A stretch of 64,000 bases of DNA from Raillietiella orientalis (Eukaryota): NCBI GenBank assembly GCA_036172245.1, contig JAYWIR010000005.1, forward strand, positions 992,001 to 1,056,000, given 5' to 3'. Of the stretch, positions 51,605 to 64,000 are shown piece by piece. Under the pieces are notes generated by a model that ran no database searches, had not been told where the DNA came from, and was given only the letters and a program-made list of their open reading frames with translations. Position numbers and translations under genes: made by a program. Positions within the stretch are counted from its first letter, which is position 1. Each line of letters starts with the position of its first letter.

Positions 51605-54600
51605 GGCTGCAACCTCCGCTCCCCGTTCTGGGGTAGGCTCGTCCTGCAGTTGCGGCAGAGGGATGGCAGCATCGTCCGGTTGGCGTCCAGGCCGGTGTCC
51701 CTTGCGGGAGGCCACCTCCGATTGCTCCACCTTCTCCGACTTTCGCCGCGGGGCTGCCGGGTCGCGAGGCGCTGCCGACGGGCCTTTCGGAGTCGACAAG
51801 AAAGGAGGGCGCGACGTTCCGTTCCGCGGTCCTATGAGTTGGCGGAGGGTGCTTCGATGCTTCTCTTGTCCTTCGGGCCGCGTCGAATGCCTCTGGCAGG
51901 TTGTCTCAGACGGGTGCGACGCATCCACGGGTTGCGGCCCACAAGGGCGAACTCGCCCGTGTGAAAAGGGAAGGGAGGGGGACGTGACCCAGAAATTCAG
52001 GCCTTGTGCTCCCCACGCGGGCCGGCAAGCGGCGCAGGAGTCTCACTGGAAATCGTTGGATCTTTCGGGAGGGTGGAAGCGGCGGAGCGCCTGCGATGGC
52101 AGCAGGGGTGGGGTGAAGCCACAAGGAGGGACTTGGTCCCGGTATGTACCAGGAGGCCACGGGGAGGGGCCTGAGTGCTGTTTGAACAGCGGCAGGGGCT
52201 GGGTACGTTTTCGAGGATGGGGGGAGGGTAAGGGAGATCAGCGCCATCGCAGGGGATGCGCGCGGTAGGAAAAGCGACCCCCTCGGCCTCGTTGACCTGT
52301 CTCTCAACTTGGGAACCCAGGACTTTTCTGAATCGCATGGTAGGGCGCATCCACTCTCACCCGGAGGTAACCCTTTTCTTCCGGAAAGGGCAGGAATGGA
52401 CAAGTGTTGTCACCTGGCAATGAAACGAGGCAACGGGCGGTCGTCGCAGCAGCAGCAGCGGGGCGCATCCGTCAGCGGAGTGCGCGCAGAAGCACTGCCT
52501 ACGAGAGAAGGTGGGCCCCAGGAGATGGAAGGGAGGGGGAGAAGGGTACGCAGCAAACGGTGGCTCACGATCCGGGACAGTTCCCTCGGAGCGAGGCATG
52601 GAGGCCCTACGCTTGGCACCGTTGCTCCTGAGGAAGCTGTGAAGGGTGCCCGGCGACGCCCTTCCGGCGTCCTGGTCCGCGGTCTGCCTCACCCCGTAGG
52701 TTCCTCGGGGGGAGAGGTGGAGCGGGCCGTCGCCAGATGGTGACGGTCACCGGGCAGCGGCGTCTCCGACGGGCATCTCTGGAAGGGATCACCGCCCGAC
52801 CCTCTTGCGCGTCTATCAGAGGCGGGTCGTGGGGCCTTCGTAGGGCGGCCGCCCACCTACCCTTGCCGTTTGCCCCCAGCCGACTTCAGCGCCACTTCCT
52901 CTAGGGAGCGGGAGGGACCCTTCCAGGGAAGCACAGCGGCGGGAAGGGATGGGGGTGAATGGGGGAAGGGAGAGAGCACGGGGGCGCCCGGAGCGGATCG
53001 CCGGGAGCATCTGTCAGAGACAGGCAGCAGCACTCGCAGCGGAGCGCAGAGGAAACGCGCAGATCCTCCAGCTTCCGAAAGGGTGAGGGATTGTATCTCC
53101 CCTCTTTCCCGCTGGTGCCAGGGAATGAGGACGAGGATGGGGTGGTAGGGAAGATGGGGGAGAAGAAGGCTTGTGCGTCCCTTGAACGGTCCGCGTGGTG
53201 GCCCAAGAGGCAGCCCGCCACCGCCCTGTCCTCCTCGGAGCAAGAAGCTCCGTCGCCACAGCGGCGCTGCCTGCCCAGTCCCCCTCCTGAGGCGGCTGGT
53301 GGCGCAGCCATCGCACCACTTCCTCCAGGTCGACTGAGGGTGTTACGCTGTTCCCCGCAAGCTCGATCCCCCACCCATCCACCCTCAGCATCCTCCATCC
53401 CGAACCTACGTCGGGGTCGGTCCTCCCTACGACGTCCTCGAGGGGGTCAAGGTGCACCAAGGTCGGGAGGGGAAGCTAGAATCTGCTCGCAGTGGAGGGG
53501 CAACCAGGCGAGCAGGAGGGGAGTCAGCGGGGGGTCGGGGGGAAAAGGGCGGGGAGATCCCTCGAGAGATGCCAGGACGGGAGGAAGACCTGGGAACAGA
53601 GTGCTCCCGTGCTGGCCGTCGCTGACGTCACGCACGGCTCCGTTGGGACCATCTTGGGCCTGCGAAGGCAGTGAGTGACCTCGAGAGATCAGTGCGCGGG
53701 AGGACGGAGTGTGAGCACGCTCCCAGGGGTGGAGGCCGTACGCCCGCCTGCCGCCCAAGACTGCCGCCAGTGCACCGTTTGGCCGTGGGAGAAGGAAGAA
53801 TCCCTACCCCGGAGGCCCCCTCTATTTCGCGGGGCAGTGGCGGGACGAGGGCGAGGAGAGCACCCTCTCCTGGTCCGAGGTCGTCGGAGCTGGGTCAGGT
53901 TCGGCTCGTCTCCTCGTCCAGCTCCGTCTCGCTGCTGTGGCCGAGCGCTGGCATCTGCAAACGGGAGAGGAAAGCTTCCGTGGCTCTCAAAGTCCGAGAG
54001 CGAGGCGCAGCCCGAGGTATCGGCCATCCCGGAGTAGGAGACGGAGGAGAACCCTGAGGTAGTGGTGGCCGGAAGAGTGCCTCTTTCCATCTCACTTTAT
54101 GACCTCGCTCGTGTCCAGAAAGAAGGGGAAGAGGGGTGGCTTCCAGAACGCCGAGACGGATCGCCAACGTCATGCGTGCTTTGCTGAGGAGTGCCGGGCG
54201 GGTTGCTGGCAGGAGAACGTAGCCGCCGACTTCAGGACGCTATTCCGCACCCCCTGTCTAGAACTGGGAAGGCTGCATGGTGCTCCGAGAAAGCAGCAGC
54301 AGGAGAGGAGGCCGAGCTCCGGGAATGCAGCTTTGGAGCCGGTGAGCGCCCTGGACTCCCGGGAACGTCCAGAGTGGTCAGCCCCGGAGTCCTCGGCAAG
54401 GAGGACGAAGAAGGCACCCTCCTCCTATGGGAGGTGAGCCGCTTCGGTCCCGAGGGAAGGACGAAGGCACGCGCCCCTTTCGCCTTTCGTGAGTCTACTA
54501 CCCGCGAGCACGAGATGCTGCCGCTGCCGCCCAAGAGGGGAAGTGGAAGGAGCCCTTCGCCTCCTCTGGACCAACGGAAGGAAGGCCGACTCCTGGAGGG

Positions 54601-56376
54601 AAGCGTGGGGCGGACGCGCACCCGTAGATAGAGATGGATGCCAACGAAGGAAAAACCCCGGGAGGTCCGCAAATCCGCGCCCGCAGTGGTCCCGAAGGCT
54701 GCAAATGTGGCCGCAGAGGGATGCCAAGTCGCCCCGAGGGACTGCACAGACACCACACCCCCTGCGGCGCCAACGAACGGAGCCCCGGTTAGATCGGCCT
54801 TCCTCTTTCCCCCGCGGTGCGTGTTCAAGACCGGAAGACCCCCCGGATTGCCGACCATCGATAGGAACAACCGAGGGTGCACGCAAGCGCACTGCCGGGG
54901 TTGCTTGGAGCTGCGGGCACTCACCGCGTTGCTGGCGGCGATGCGCCTCCGGCGCAGGAGGAACAGGGCGAGCGCGGTTCACCTGCAACCCGCTCCGAGA
55001 ACATGGCGCCAGGGCTTCCTGCGACCGTCTTTCCGGAAGTGGAGGAAGGAAAGAGGAGGGGAAAGTGACTGCCAGCCACTCCCGGAAGGACAGCGAGAAC
55101 GCGAGAAAAAGAGAGGGCGGGGCAGGGAGTTCCTGCCGGACGCCACGCCCGTCCGCAGCGGCGCTGCAAATAGTATTCCAGCCTATCCATCTCCGGTGGG
55201 ATGAAGTCCACGACCTTTTCGGCAACGGCCTGACTGGAGATGACGGCGCTGGGGAGGGAGTTCGGGAACTCCGACAGCGGCTGATCTTGGGCACTCCGCC
55301 AACTCCCATCGCCCTCCGCTCGAGCAGTGGGCAGACCTGGCGGCCGGGTGGGTGGGTGAGACAGCCTTCTGGGAGACGGGAGCGGTCACCGCGGGAAAGG
55401 AGGAAGCCCAGCAGCGGCAGCAAATAAGCACCGGAAGCACCCCGTGCGTCGTCGCCACCGTCTTCCTCCTCCTCTCGGGAAGGGGGACGGGATGGAACCC
55501 TTTCGTCCTGCTCCATCACCCCGCGCACGAACGGCCACCTGGCACTGCTGCTGCTGCTGCCACCCGCCGCGTTCTTCCACTGTCGTCTCGCCCAGCAGCT
55601 CCGCCCTCTGGAAACCAGAGGGCATGCCGCGCAGGCGCCAACGCGCACGGGCTGCTGCAGGAGCAGCTCGGACTTGGCCGGGTGCTCGTGCAGGCGCTGC
55701 ACCGTGCACCTGGTCAGCCCCGTGAAGCGGCCCGCTTGCCTCTCTCAAGAATCACTTCCCTTGGCCCTCCGCAAGAGCCGCGGCTTGAGGACGTCTACGG
55801 ATCTCCCGCACAAGACGACGCTTGTCGCCGGTGCCGCAGCTGATGTCCGGCTGGTAAAGGCAGTCTAAACCCCTCCTCCTCCTCCTCTCTCTCGGGAAAA
55901 CGCTCCCCTTCCGGAAAAGGAGGCGGGGAGGGAGGAAGGCGCATCGTGGAAGAGCGCCCGTCTTCCTCCCGGACACTCCACCTCTTTGCCGAGAGGGCTT
56001 CCGACACCTTTGCTGATTGCACTTTTATTGACACGCCTTTTGAGCAGCAGCGCGCGTCTCGGGAAGGAGGCAGCGTGCCGCTCGTCTCTGGAAAAAGGGG
56101 ACAGTCCCGACGGCCGCAGCCAAGTCCGGGAACGTCGCCCTCTTTTGGAGCACAGCGGGGCAGCACTTTGCCCTTCTTCCCGCGAGCACTCCCGTCCGCC
56201 GTCGGGACTGTTCGCAGGGACGGACGCTGCTGAGCGCTCGGCGCGGCCGGGGCCAGGGATGGTCGCTTGCTCTTCGCCTTCCATCCACGTCCCTGATGCG
56301 GGCGCATCTCCGCCAGCTCGCAGGGAATCGAGAGGGACGCTCCTGCCTTTCCTTGCTTTTTGATCCCGCGTGGCAA

Positions 56377-56406
56377 CACCACCACCACCACCACCACCAC
56401 CACCAC
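56377..56406 (+). repeat. (CAC)10 microsatellite
   Basis: Direct read; about 160 nt beyond the stop of the TGN38-like gene. Confidence 0.95.
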
Positions 56407-56565
56407 GCGGCTTTCTTCGGAAAGAGGCCGCGGAATCTTCGACAAAAAAGACAAGTTTGGACACCGTATCGATACACTTTCCGCTCCTCAAGAAAAGACA
56501 CGTATAACAGTTTTTTTTGTTTGTTTTTTTCCTTTTTACACGACAGATTGCGAACACTAGCAGTG

Positions 56566-59500
56566 CTAATAAATGACACGTGATGACTCTTCTGCTTCCG
56601 GCAGATTGAGAGTTTCTTCCAAGTTCGATTCTAGTTTCTTGTAGCGAGAAGAGCCTTGTCTTCTCCTGGCACTCCTCTTGATCCTCCCTTCGACGATGAT
56701 GCCTAAGATCTGAAGAAGGCCTGTCACAAGAAGGGAGACGAGGCAGGGTTGGCATACCTTCTGCTTGTTGTAATAGATGACGTACAAGATGGTGCAAACG
56801 AAAAAGAACCCGAGGCTATACTTGAAGATGTGGGTATCCTTTTTGACTTCTGGAACCAGCTGCAGGAATCTGTCGTCTTTTTGAAAACCGGCTGAAAAGA
56901 AAACCCCCGTGTACACCACAAGCAAAGGGACGTCCGTTTGCAAATTGTCTTTTTTGTTGCGGTGGTCTTGGAGCAGCACGAGCGCTCAATCTTTTCGGGG
57001 GACCCTCGCTGCTGGGGGCTGCCACTCCTACCCGATCCGGTTTCCAGACCCCTGAACGCAGGCCACAAACTACAGCCTCCAGCCGAAGGGGAGAAAAAGA
57101 GCGGGGCAAATTCGCGTTCAACGTGTAGCACCTGCAAAGGGGGAGGGCATGATGGGAGGGAGAGGAGATGAGCAAAGGATCCACAGCATCAGACAAAACC
57201 CAACAAATCGGAAACGTTACCGCCGCCACCACCCCTTCCCAGGATGAAGAATGCCGGAACTCCTTCCCGTCTACGCAAACGCCTGCTCCAGCATCCGCAG
57301 GGGGATGCGAACCAGCGGGCTTCCTCACTCCTCGGTCCGAAAGATGCTCGCCTGTCGCTCGGAGAAAGAGCGGGGGGGGGGGCGAAAACGCAGGGGGGGG
57401 GGCACGCAGATGACCGGCAAACGGCCAGCTACTTTCCTCCAAGCGCTCGCGATTCCAGCGCCCATCCTTCGCGACAAGAGGAGGAACAGTGTAACGGCAC
57501 GAAAGACCTAGGCATAAGAGGAGTCCTACTGGCAATCAGGGAGCAGATCTTAAGAACAGCTGGAAAAGTACCACTCCGAAAAAAAAAAAAAAAGATAGCA
57601 GCTTTTGGAGGCACGCAAAGAATTTACGACGGCCTGATAACAGCTTTGGAATTTTTTTTTTTTTTTTGAAGTTTTCTCTTAGACAAATCGCAAACGACAA
57701 CAGTCCTCCCCTCCACACACACATGACCACACCCTGCTCCTTCAAACGAGCATTTTACTAGCAAGTCGCCCGCGATAACGAACGCAGGCGCGTGTTCGTG
57801 CAAATTAGAGACTCGAACACGACTCTTTTTGTTTCGAGTAGAACACTTGGGCAGGAGATCGCATGCACGGATCTGATCTTTGGGTTTGATGCTGCCGGAG
57901 GGTCTTTTCTAGTGCCACCAACAGCATCTGCAAAACACCATCTGCAGCAGCCTTTCTTTCGCGCAAACAAACAAACAAAAAAAAAAGAAGGCAGCTGGAA
58001 GATTTCGCACGCGAGAAGACATTGATCATTCGGCAGGACTCCTTACAACATGAGCTCAGATGGGAACCGGTGATGCACACTCGAAAAACACCAAATACAC
58101 TGCTAAACAGAGCATGGCCAGAAAGCTCGATCACCAGGGGAGCGATGCAATCTAATTCCTACCGGTCGTTCACTGGTGTTACTCCAACTTCGTGAGGAAA
58201 CCTACAAAAAGCAATACAGTTTTGGCATGCTAAAGCTTCTCTCTCATGGTGTGCATGTCAAAAGAAAATCCTAGGGAAATGGCATCAATGTGGGTGGTAC
58301 TGAAACCCCTCCCCCGTCCCAACTTTGCTAACGTTAGGAAACTTTACAAACAATGAAGGAAAGACTGGGAAGTATTTTATCACATCAACACAGTGCACGT
58401 TAATATTTCTAGAGCTAATGGATGACAGCATCCATTGGCAATTTTGGTAAAATTGAGCTTTATTTCTTAAAACTTAGATACAGTCAGCCCACAGTGTTCT
58501 CCATTTTAACTTTAATTTTTTTAAAATTGTACATCTATGTTGCATCATGTGTAATGGCACAAGAATTTCCATTACTGTAAATGAATCAACACTTGACTAT
58601 TTGGAAACTTGAAATTCAATCAAGCAGAACCTTGTTGAAAAAGAATTCAATATATCCCAAGTTGTTGCTCAATAAGTTGCTTTGCATCCATTAAAAAAAA
58701 TTCCTTGAATCACTAAAACACTTTTGTATTTTAATGATTCACTCACACATATGATTCAAAAATTCAAAAATGCACTGAATGGAGATCCACACAATCGAAA
58801 CACTCATGAATTTAATTCAACACAAGGAACAAAAATTTCCCACGATAAAATTTACTCCAATCCACTCTGTATGAATAGACATGTATGGGATATATAATAT
58901 ACTTTAAAGTTACAACAAAATTTTTATCCAAAAATGAAACTGAATAAAAAGAGAAATCCGAATGCAGTCGCGCAAGAAAAAAATCTGTACATCGTGAGAC
59001 CACGGATTTGAAACTGTCAAAGTAAACGAGATTTGTCCTGATGGAAGGCTCAACACTGAAAAAGTTAACTACGGTTTCTTGCAAGAGAGAATTTTTTTAT
59101 GAACGAGGGGAACCTGAACTCCATAATCTTTTTTTTCAAGTCCGGTTATTGTAAAATCAAAAAAGCATCACAGTTACGTGCAAAATTGAAAGCACTAAAT
59201 CATAATAATTTCAACAATTTTGGATACTGAAAATGTTCAAATCCTCTTTACCTGAATCCAGAGTAAACTTATCTAATACTCTTGATGGAGTAATAATCAT
59301 ACTACTACTTTTTTGAGGAGCTTGTGTAGAGTCTGGATTTGACTTGACTGCTTCAATGGTTTGAACCTTATTACTTTTAATTTCTTTACCAGTAGAGTTA
59401 GTCTCTAGAATATGCTGCATACATTGCTCGAAATACTTTAGAATCGCAATAAAGGAAGTGAGTTCACTGTTTTTGTCTTCAAGTTTTTCGTAGAACTTTA

Positions 59501-59798
59501 CAATTTTTGGTATGCGCAAAGCATTAGCTTTAAATACAGATTTAGAATCCTGCAAGGTGAGGACTTCACTAGTCGATTTCACAAGATCCGTTACGTTGCC
59601 TAGTTTAGGTAGGGCATCGCCCTTTAAACTTTCTTCAACAGCACACAAAATCTTATGTATATCTTCAGACCTAAGACAGTTCACTTTCTTATACTCAATT
59701 TTGCAAGATTGCCTCGTTTCCGCTGCCGCTGACAAAACTTCAGGATTTTTCAATTCCAACAAAAAAACTGTCATACAGAACAAAATTTTTCTATTCAT
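56566..59798 (-). CDS. TGN38/TGOLN2-KCT2(C5orf15)-like type I membrane protein, about 274 aa in the minimal 3-exon model
   Basis: Exons 59798-59252, 56891-56758, 56709-56566 (825 nt, phases match). Signal peptide-like MNRKILFCMTVFLLEL. TM segment HIFKYSLGFFFVCTILYVIYY followed by the family-typical NKQK|ILGIIVEGR, a YXXPhi sorting motif (RYKKL) and a ...RVIY* end. Extra internal exons are possible. Confidence 0.75.
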
Positions 59799-61045
59799 TG
59801 TTTCAATTTTACCATATAGTGAACATACAGTATATGAAATCTTTTGAGCAGAATCATCACTTTCATAACCTCACATCAACACTGACTTAAGCACTTAACG
59901 CTACAACTTTTTCCCATACGACGATCACATCACCGATATCAAACTCAGCAGGGTTGCCACAGCCATCTGATTTTCACACGGCATAACAAAATACCGGCTT
60001 TGGATATTCCGGACGACTCGGAATGACCGCCTCTCAGGGTCACTTATGATGTATTAGAAATCACTGATAACTACTGTGTATCATCACTTTCTGTGACTGA
60101 AAAATTTCCAAGATTAATCCCCCAAGATACCCGCAAGAATAATATATATATGTATATATATATCCCTACAGACTGAGGCAAAGACAAGCGCTCTCGTGAA
60201 GATGCGGTAATTGGATAGTTGATAATATATTGCTATGGATATGCTTTCGGAGTTTTTGTTTGTTTTTTTAATCCAGGTTTACTTGTAGTGTTTCATGTAA
60301 TCAAATCAATCCTATTGCTAACAAAAATGGCACGTAACATCAATCATTTTTGTTAATAATGAAAACGAATGATGACAGCAGACTCGTCTTCTTTTTCAAT
60401 GAACAATCTTTTGCTATGTCTCAGAAATCTCAGGAATAATCCCATTTGACCTAGGTTGAGGATGAATAGACCTAAGTACAACCATTGGGAGTCTAGTTTT
60501 CATTGGACTTCATTGATCAGTGACCTTAAAGCTTCCAATTCAGTCATACAATCTTGGGAAAACTGATTTTTTGTGTGTCTGAACTTGCTTTTTGTTTTTT
60601 GAATGTCTTTTGTTTCTTTTTGATTTTTGCCTATTTTAAAAGTGTGCACAAGCTCAGTCAAATTCCCGATTAAAGTTCATTTCCAGATTTTATTATTGGA
60701 ATCGGAGACTTTGGGAGGGAATGAGCTTCTTTTTCCAGACATTCTATCCCTGTCATCACTAAACAAACTGTTGTTGTTAATGTTTATAAGACCTACGGAA
60801 TTAACTTCAGTACGAAGAACAGAAAAAGTGTTGCATAAAAAAAGGAAAGTCCTCATGCGAAGAAACTGTCATAACTGATTTAGTTACAGTATTTAAATTT
60901 AAAGACAAAAACCGAACTGCACATAACCGAACATATCAGGCGAACATTTTAGCACTCACTTCACCTGATCAATTTTCTTTTTTCTAAGAGATACTCGAAT
61001 CGCCATTTTTCAAGCATTCGTGTTCAGGATATTGGCATTTTGCAA

Positions 61046-61104
61046 CAGCTGTGAATTCGACCAACATTTTTTTTTTTTTTAAACGTTGGTCGAAGTCACA
61101 GCTG
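61046..61104. repeat. Inverted repeat with 20-bp arms (1 mismatch) around a 19-nt T-rich loop
   Basis: CAGCTGTGAATTCGACCAAC-a(T)14aaac-GTTGGTCGAAGTCACAGCTG. Confidence 0.9.
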
Positions 61105-64000
61105 CTCTTGCACAATTCCTTCCTCCAATTTTTTTGAGAAAAAATTGAATGAAGCGAATGATTAATGAATATGAATTCTGAATTCCGAAATGAAATGAAT
61201 CTGCTTCACTTATGTCTCCAAAGATAGGTTTTCTATGGCTTTCGGAATCACTCTATATCATATTACATAGATGCTATCACATTCGCGAAACTATCAATCC
61301 GGATTAACTTTCATTGCATTTGATTTGCTCCTTGTCTTTCTCTTACGTTATCTTCGAAAATCAATGACACTGATGGAGCAGTTGTGGCATCGGAGCTTCA
61401 CAGACGAGAATAGGACCTTCGAAGAAAACTACACAACTCATATTTACGGTCCAGCACGTTTTTCTGTTTCAAACGAGTTCACAATTGCCAGATCCCAACG
61501 TTGGACTAATAGGAAACATCACTAATCATAACTGTTATTATTACTAATCATTATTACAATTTTTACTGTAATAAAGCAACTATGATTGCCGTAATGGATA
61601 TTTTACAGTAGCCTTCTGAGTACTCTAGGGTGAATAAAAAACAAGGAAATGAATTATGGAGGACAATGATGTCATTGGAACGACCGCCGATTTATGAGGA
61701 ATACTTCTGGCAGTGTACACACGAGGGAGTACACAACACAAGGTCTCAGAATTTGTCGGATATTTACAAAAAAAAAAAAATGATGTAGAATTCTTCATTC
61801 TGCCATGTTTCATGATTAAGGAAAGGTGCAGCTCCACTGTGCACGGCACCCAGATGCCAGAGCAGAATCTGAAAGGCAGTCTACATCAGCCCATGGGTAT
61901 TCTTGCAATCGCTGCTGACATTGCTCCGGAGCTCAATGGCATCACCGAGCACCAACGACAACGTCTTCTGCCTAAAGGGAGGCCATTCTGGAAGTTTTGA
62001 GAACCAGCAGCAGCACCGTAGCCGCTGAGTCTCATCGAAGTGCGACCTGCTTAGTCGAAAACTCCGCCCAACGCCCCACCCAAGAGGCTGCTGCTCCGAG
62101 AACGTCTTCCTCCGATGGTACCTCTACAGAGTAAGAACCAGCCGGAGTATATCTCTTGGTCTTTTCGATGGAACGGAGAGATCCGATGTCGTCTCCGCGA
62201 GGCCTCGAGGCAAATCGGGGGTCACCTGCACCCTGCTACCAAGTGACCGTGACTCTTCACGTTGTTTCGCCTCGCCGTATTCCGGCGCCTTCTGAATCTA
62301 CACTCGTGCTGCTCTCCAGGATCCCGTCGGACTCTCTTCCACGCGTCTTGGATTGGAAAGCCTCCGTCTCTGGACAGTCCCCGGGATCAACTGGGGACCT
62401 GAGGAGTTTGCATCCCGTCTTACCGGTACCCGAAGCAGGGAACGGGCTGAAGCTCCGCCCACCGGATGCCCTCTTCCTTTCCCTCCTCCTGGTTCCCCGC
62501 GATGGTAGGCACCCGTTCGGGGTTGGGAATCTGCTGCAGGCCTTGCCAAACGAGTTGTTAGGAGCTACATCCACAGTAAATGCTGATCGGATTGACGTCC
62601 ACTGCATAGGAGAGCAGCTATGCTGCTCTCGTCCTCCGCTGGGAGCAGTCCTCCAGCGTGACGAAATCCAACCCTGAAGCCTCCTCGCTTTTGGGCTAGC
62701 AGGAAGCAAATCAGACGCGCTTGCAGGGAGTTCAGGGAGGAAGGAAGGAGGATGGGGCGAACGAGCCACGACCGGTGACATGGCACGTCCCCCCCCCTCC
62801 TTCCCCTATCTCTGAATCCAGACTTGCCATGTGTTGATTCCCCTGGGCACCTGGGCGTGTGAGAGACAGAGCACGGGAAATAGGAGAGCTTGCACCACAG
62901 TTTCCAGAACAGGAGCAGACACGCATGCGCTCCGTACAACGGCTCGGGCGCTACCCGCGCGCGGTGTGCAGAGGCCTCCTGGCGGAGGATGGGGGAAAGA
63001 GAAAAGCTTTCGTACGCTGCTCCCAGATGGCATAGCATTCACTACTGAGTTCAGAGCCCTTGATAGACGCTCTTTCTTTTCGGAGACTTTCGCAAGCGTA
63101 GGAACATGTGCTCCATACCCAGAGTTGGGTTGATGGTAGCGCGGGTCACTCGCGTCCAGAGGTGAATTTTGTGTGTGTTGTTTTTCCTCCAGCCAATGGA
63201 TACCTTAGCAGGTTCGGGCAGCTGTCTCCGGAAGGAGTCCCTTCGAGTCTTTCGTGGCTCCCTCGCCGGGGTGGGACAGCACTCGAGCGACGATGGGGGC
63301 GGACAGAGATTGGAAATGAAGGGATGGAGTGTCCAGCCTCCCGGGAATACCCAAAGAGGGGCACGCGTTGCCAGCCGGTGCGCCCACATGTGCATGCGTG
63401 CGTGTTTTTCGAGGCGTCGCCGCCGGGCGGCAGCTCTGGCTCCGGGTTCAGGCCTCGGCGCCTTCGGCCCTTCTCCGGAGGGTGTGCGTCACCTCGCCGC
63501 AGAGGGAGGGCCCAGTCGTCGCGTTAGCCGTCCTGGTGAGCGACATGGTGCTCCTGCTGGCACACTCCGCATCTGTCCGCACGCTGCCCTGGCCGCCTGG
63601 ATCTCTTCGATGGAACCTCCGCGAGGCCATCTCCAGCCTCTACCTCCCGGAGGAGGGAAGGGAAATCCCGACCGCCGCGATGGAGGCCACCGAGGCCGCT
63701 CGAAATCAGTAAGCAGGAGTGCCAGAATCAGCAGGGTTTTCGCCGTGCGACTGGCAGACATTCCTGGCGCCCAAACCACGGGTGGCGATCCTGGGTCGGG
63801 GAGCAGCAGGGGGCACTTGCGCTGCCCGGACAGCAGGCATCCCTCATGTGCTGGCGAGACGAAAGGCCGGGTCGGACCGGTGCTGTTCCGGGTCGCGGTG
63901 TGGACGACAACGAGACCCACGGTAGTTCCTGGGTCGTGTGGAGCCCTCGGAGGGATCTCTGAAGCCAGCGGGGAGCCCCGGAAGGCGCTCGGCTACTTCG

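Noticed and set aside
55744..55752. In-frame TGA between two open minus-strand stretches, suggesting selenocysteine or read-through
   Set aside because: No selenoprotein similarity and no SECIS seen; long open stretches are common at this GC content.
1..64000. CRISPR arrays, tRNA/rRNA genes, transposase or reverse transcriptase ORFs, prokaryotic operons
   Set aside because: None seen by eye; all recognised genes are intron-containing eukaryotic genes. Small ncRNAs could be missed without a covariance-model search.

Overview
Eukaryotic (metazoan) genomic DNA with GT-AG spliceosomal introns, many only 43-54 nt. The SH3BP5 and TGN38-like proteins look arthropod-like from recalled family sequences, which is an inference. 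Five spliced genes were reconstructed by hand with consistent exon phases: CFAP74 (+, 5118-19683), DIS3L2 (+, 26188-36536), SH3BP5/parcas-like (-, 37652-39706), a PDIA4/ERp72-like disulfide isomerase with three non-canonical CXXC sites (-, 46995-50715), and a TGN38/KCT2-like type I membrane protein (-, 56566-59798). The most striking feature is a compositional mosaic. Very GC- and CpG-rich domains (about 4-24.8 kb and 45.8-57.5 kb) alternate with an AT-rich, CpG-depleted block that covers the convergent DIS3L2/SH3BP5 gene bodies. Other observations are a decayed, frameshifted exon copy and a direct repeat inside CFAP74 introns, RFX X-box-like motifs, two 20-bp-stem hairpins (one beside back-to-back polyA signals), and unexplained orphan ORFs. 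I found no RNA gene, intact transposon or CRISPR array. I cannot support a wholly new biological system from the sequence alone. Most ORFs in the supplied track are GC-content artefacts.
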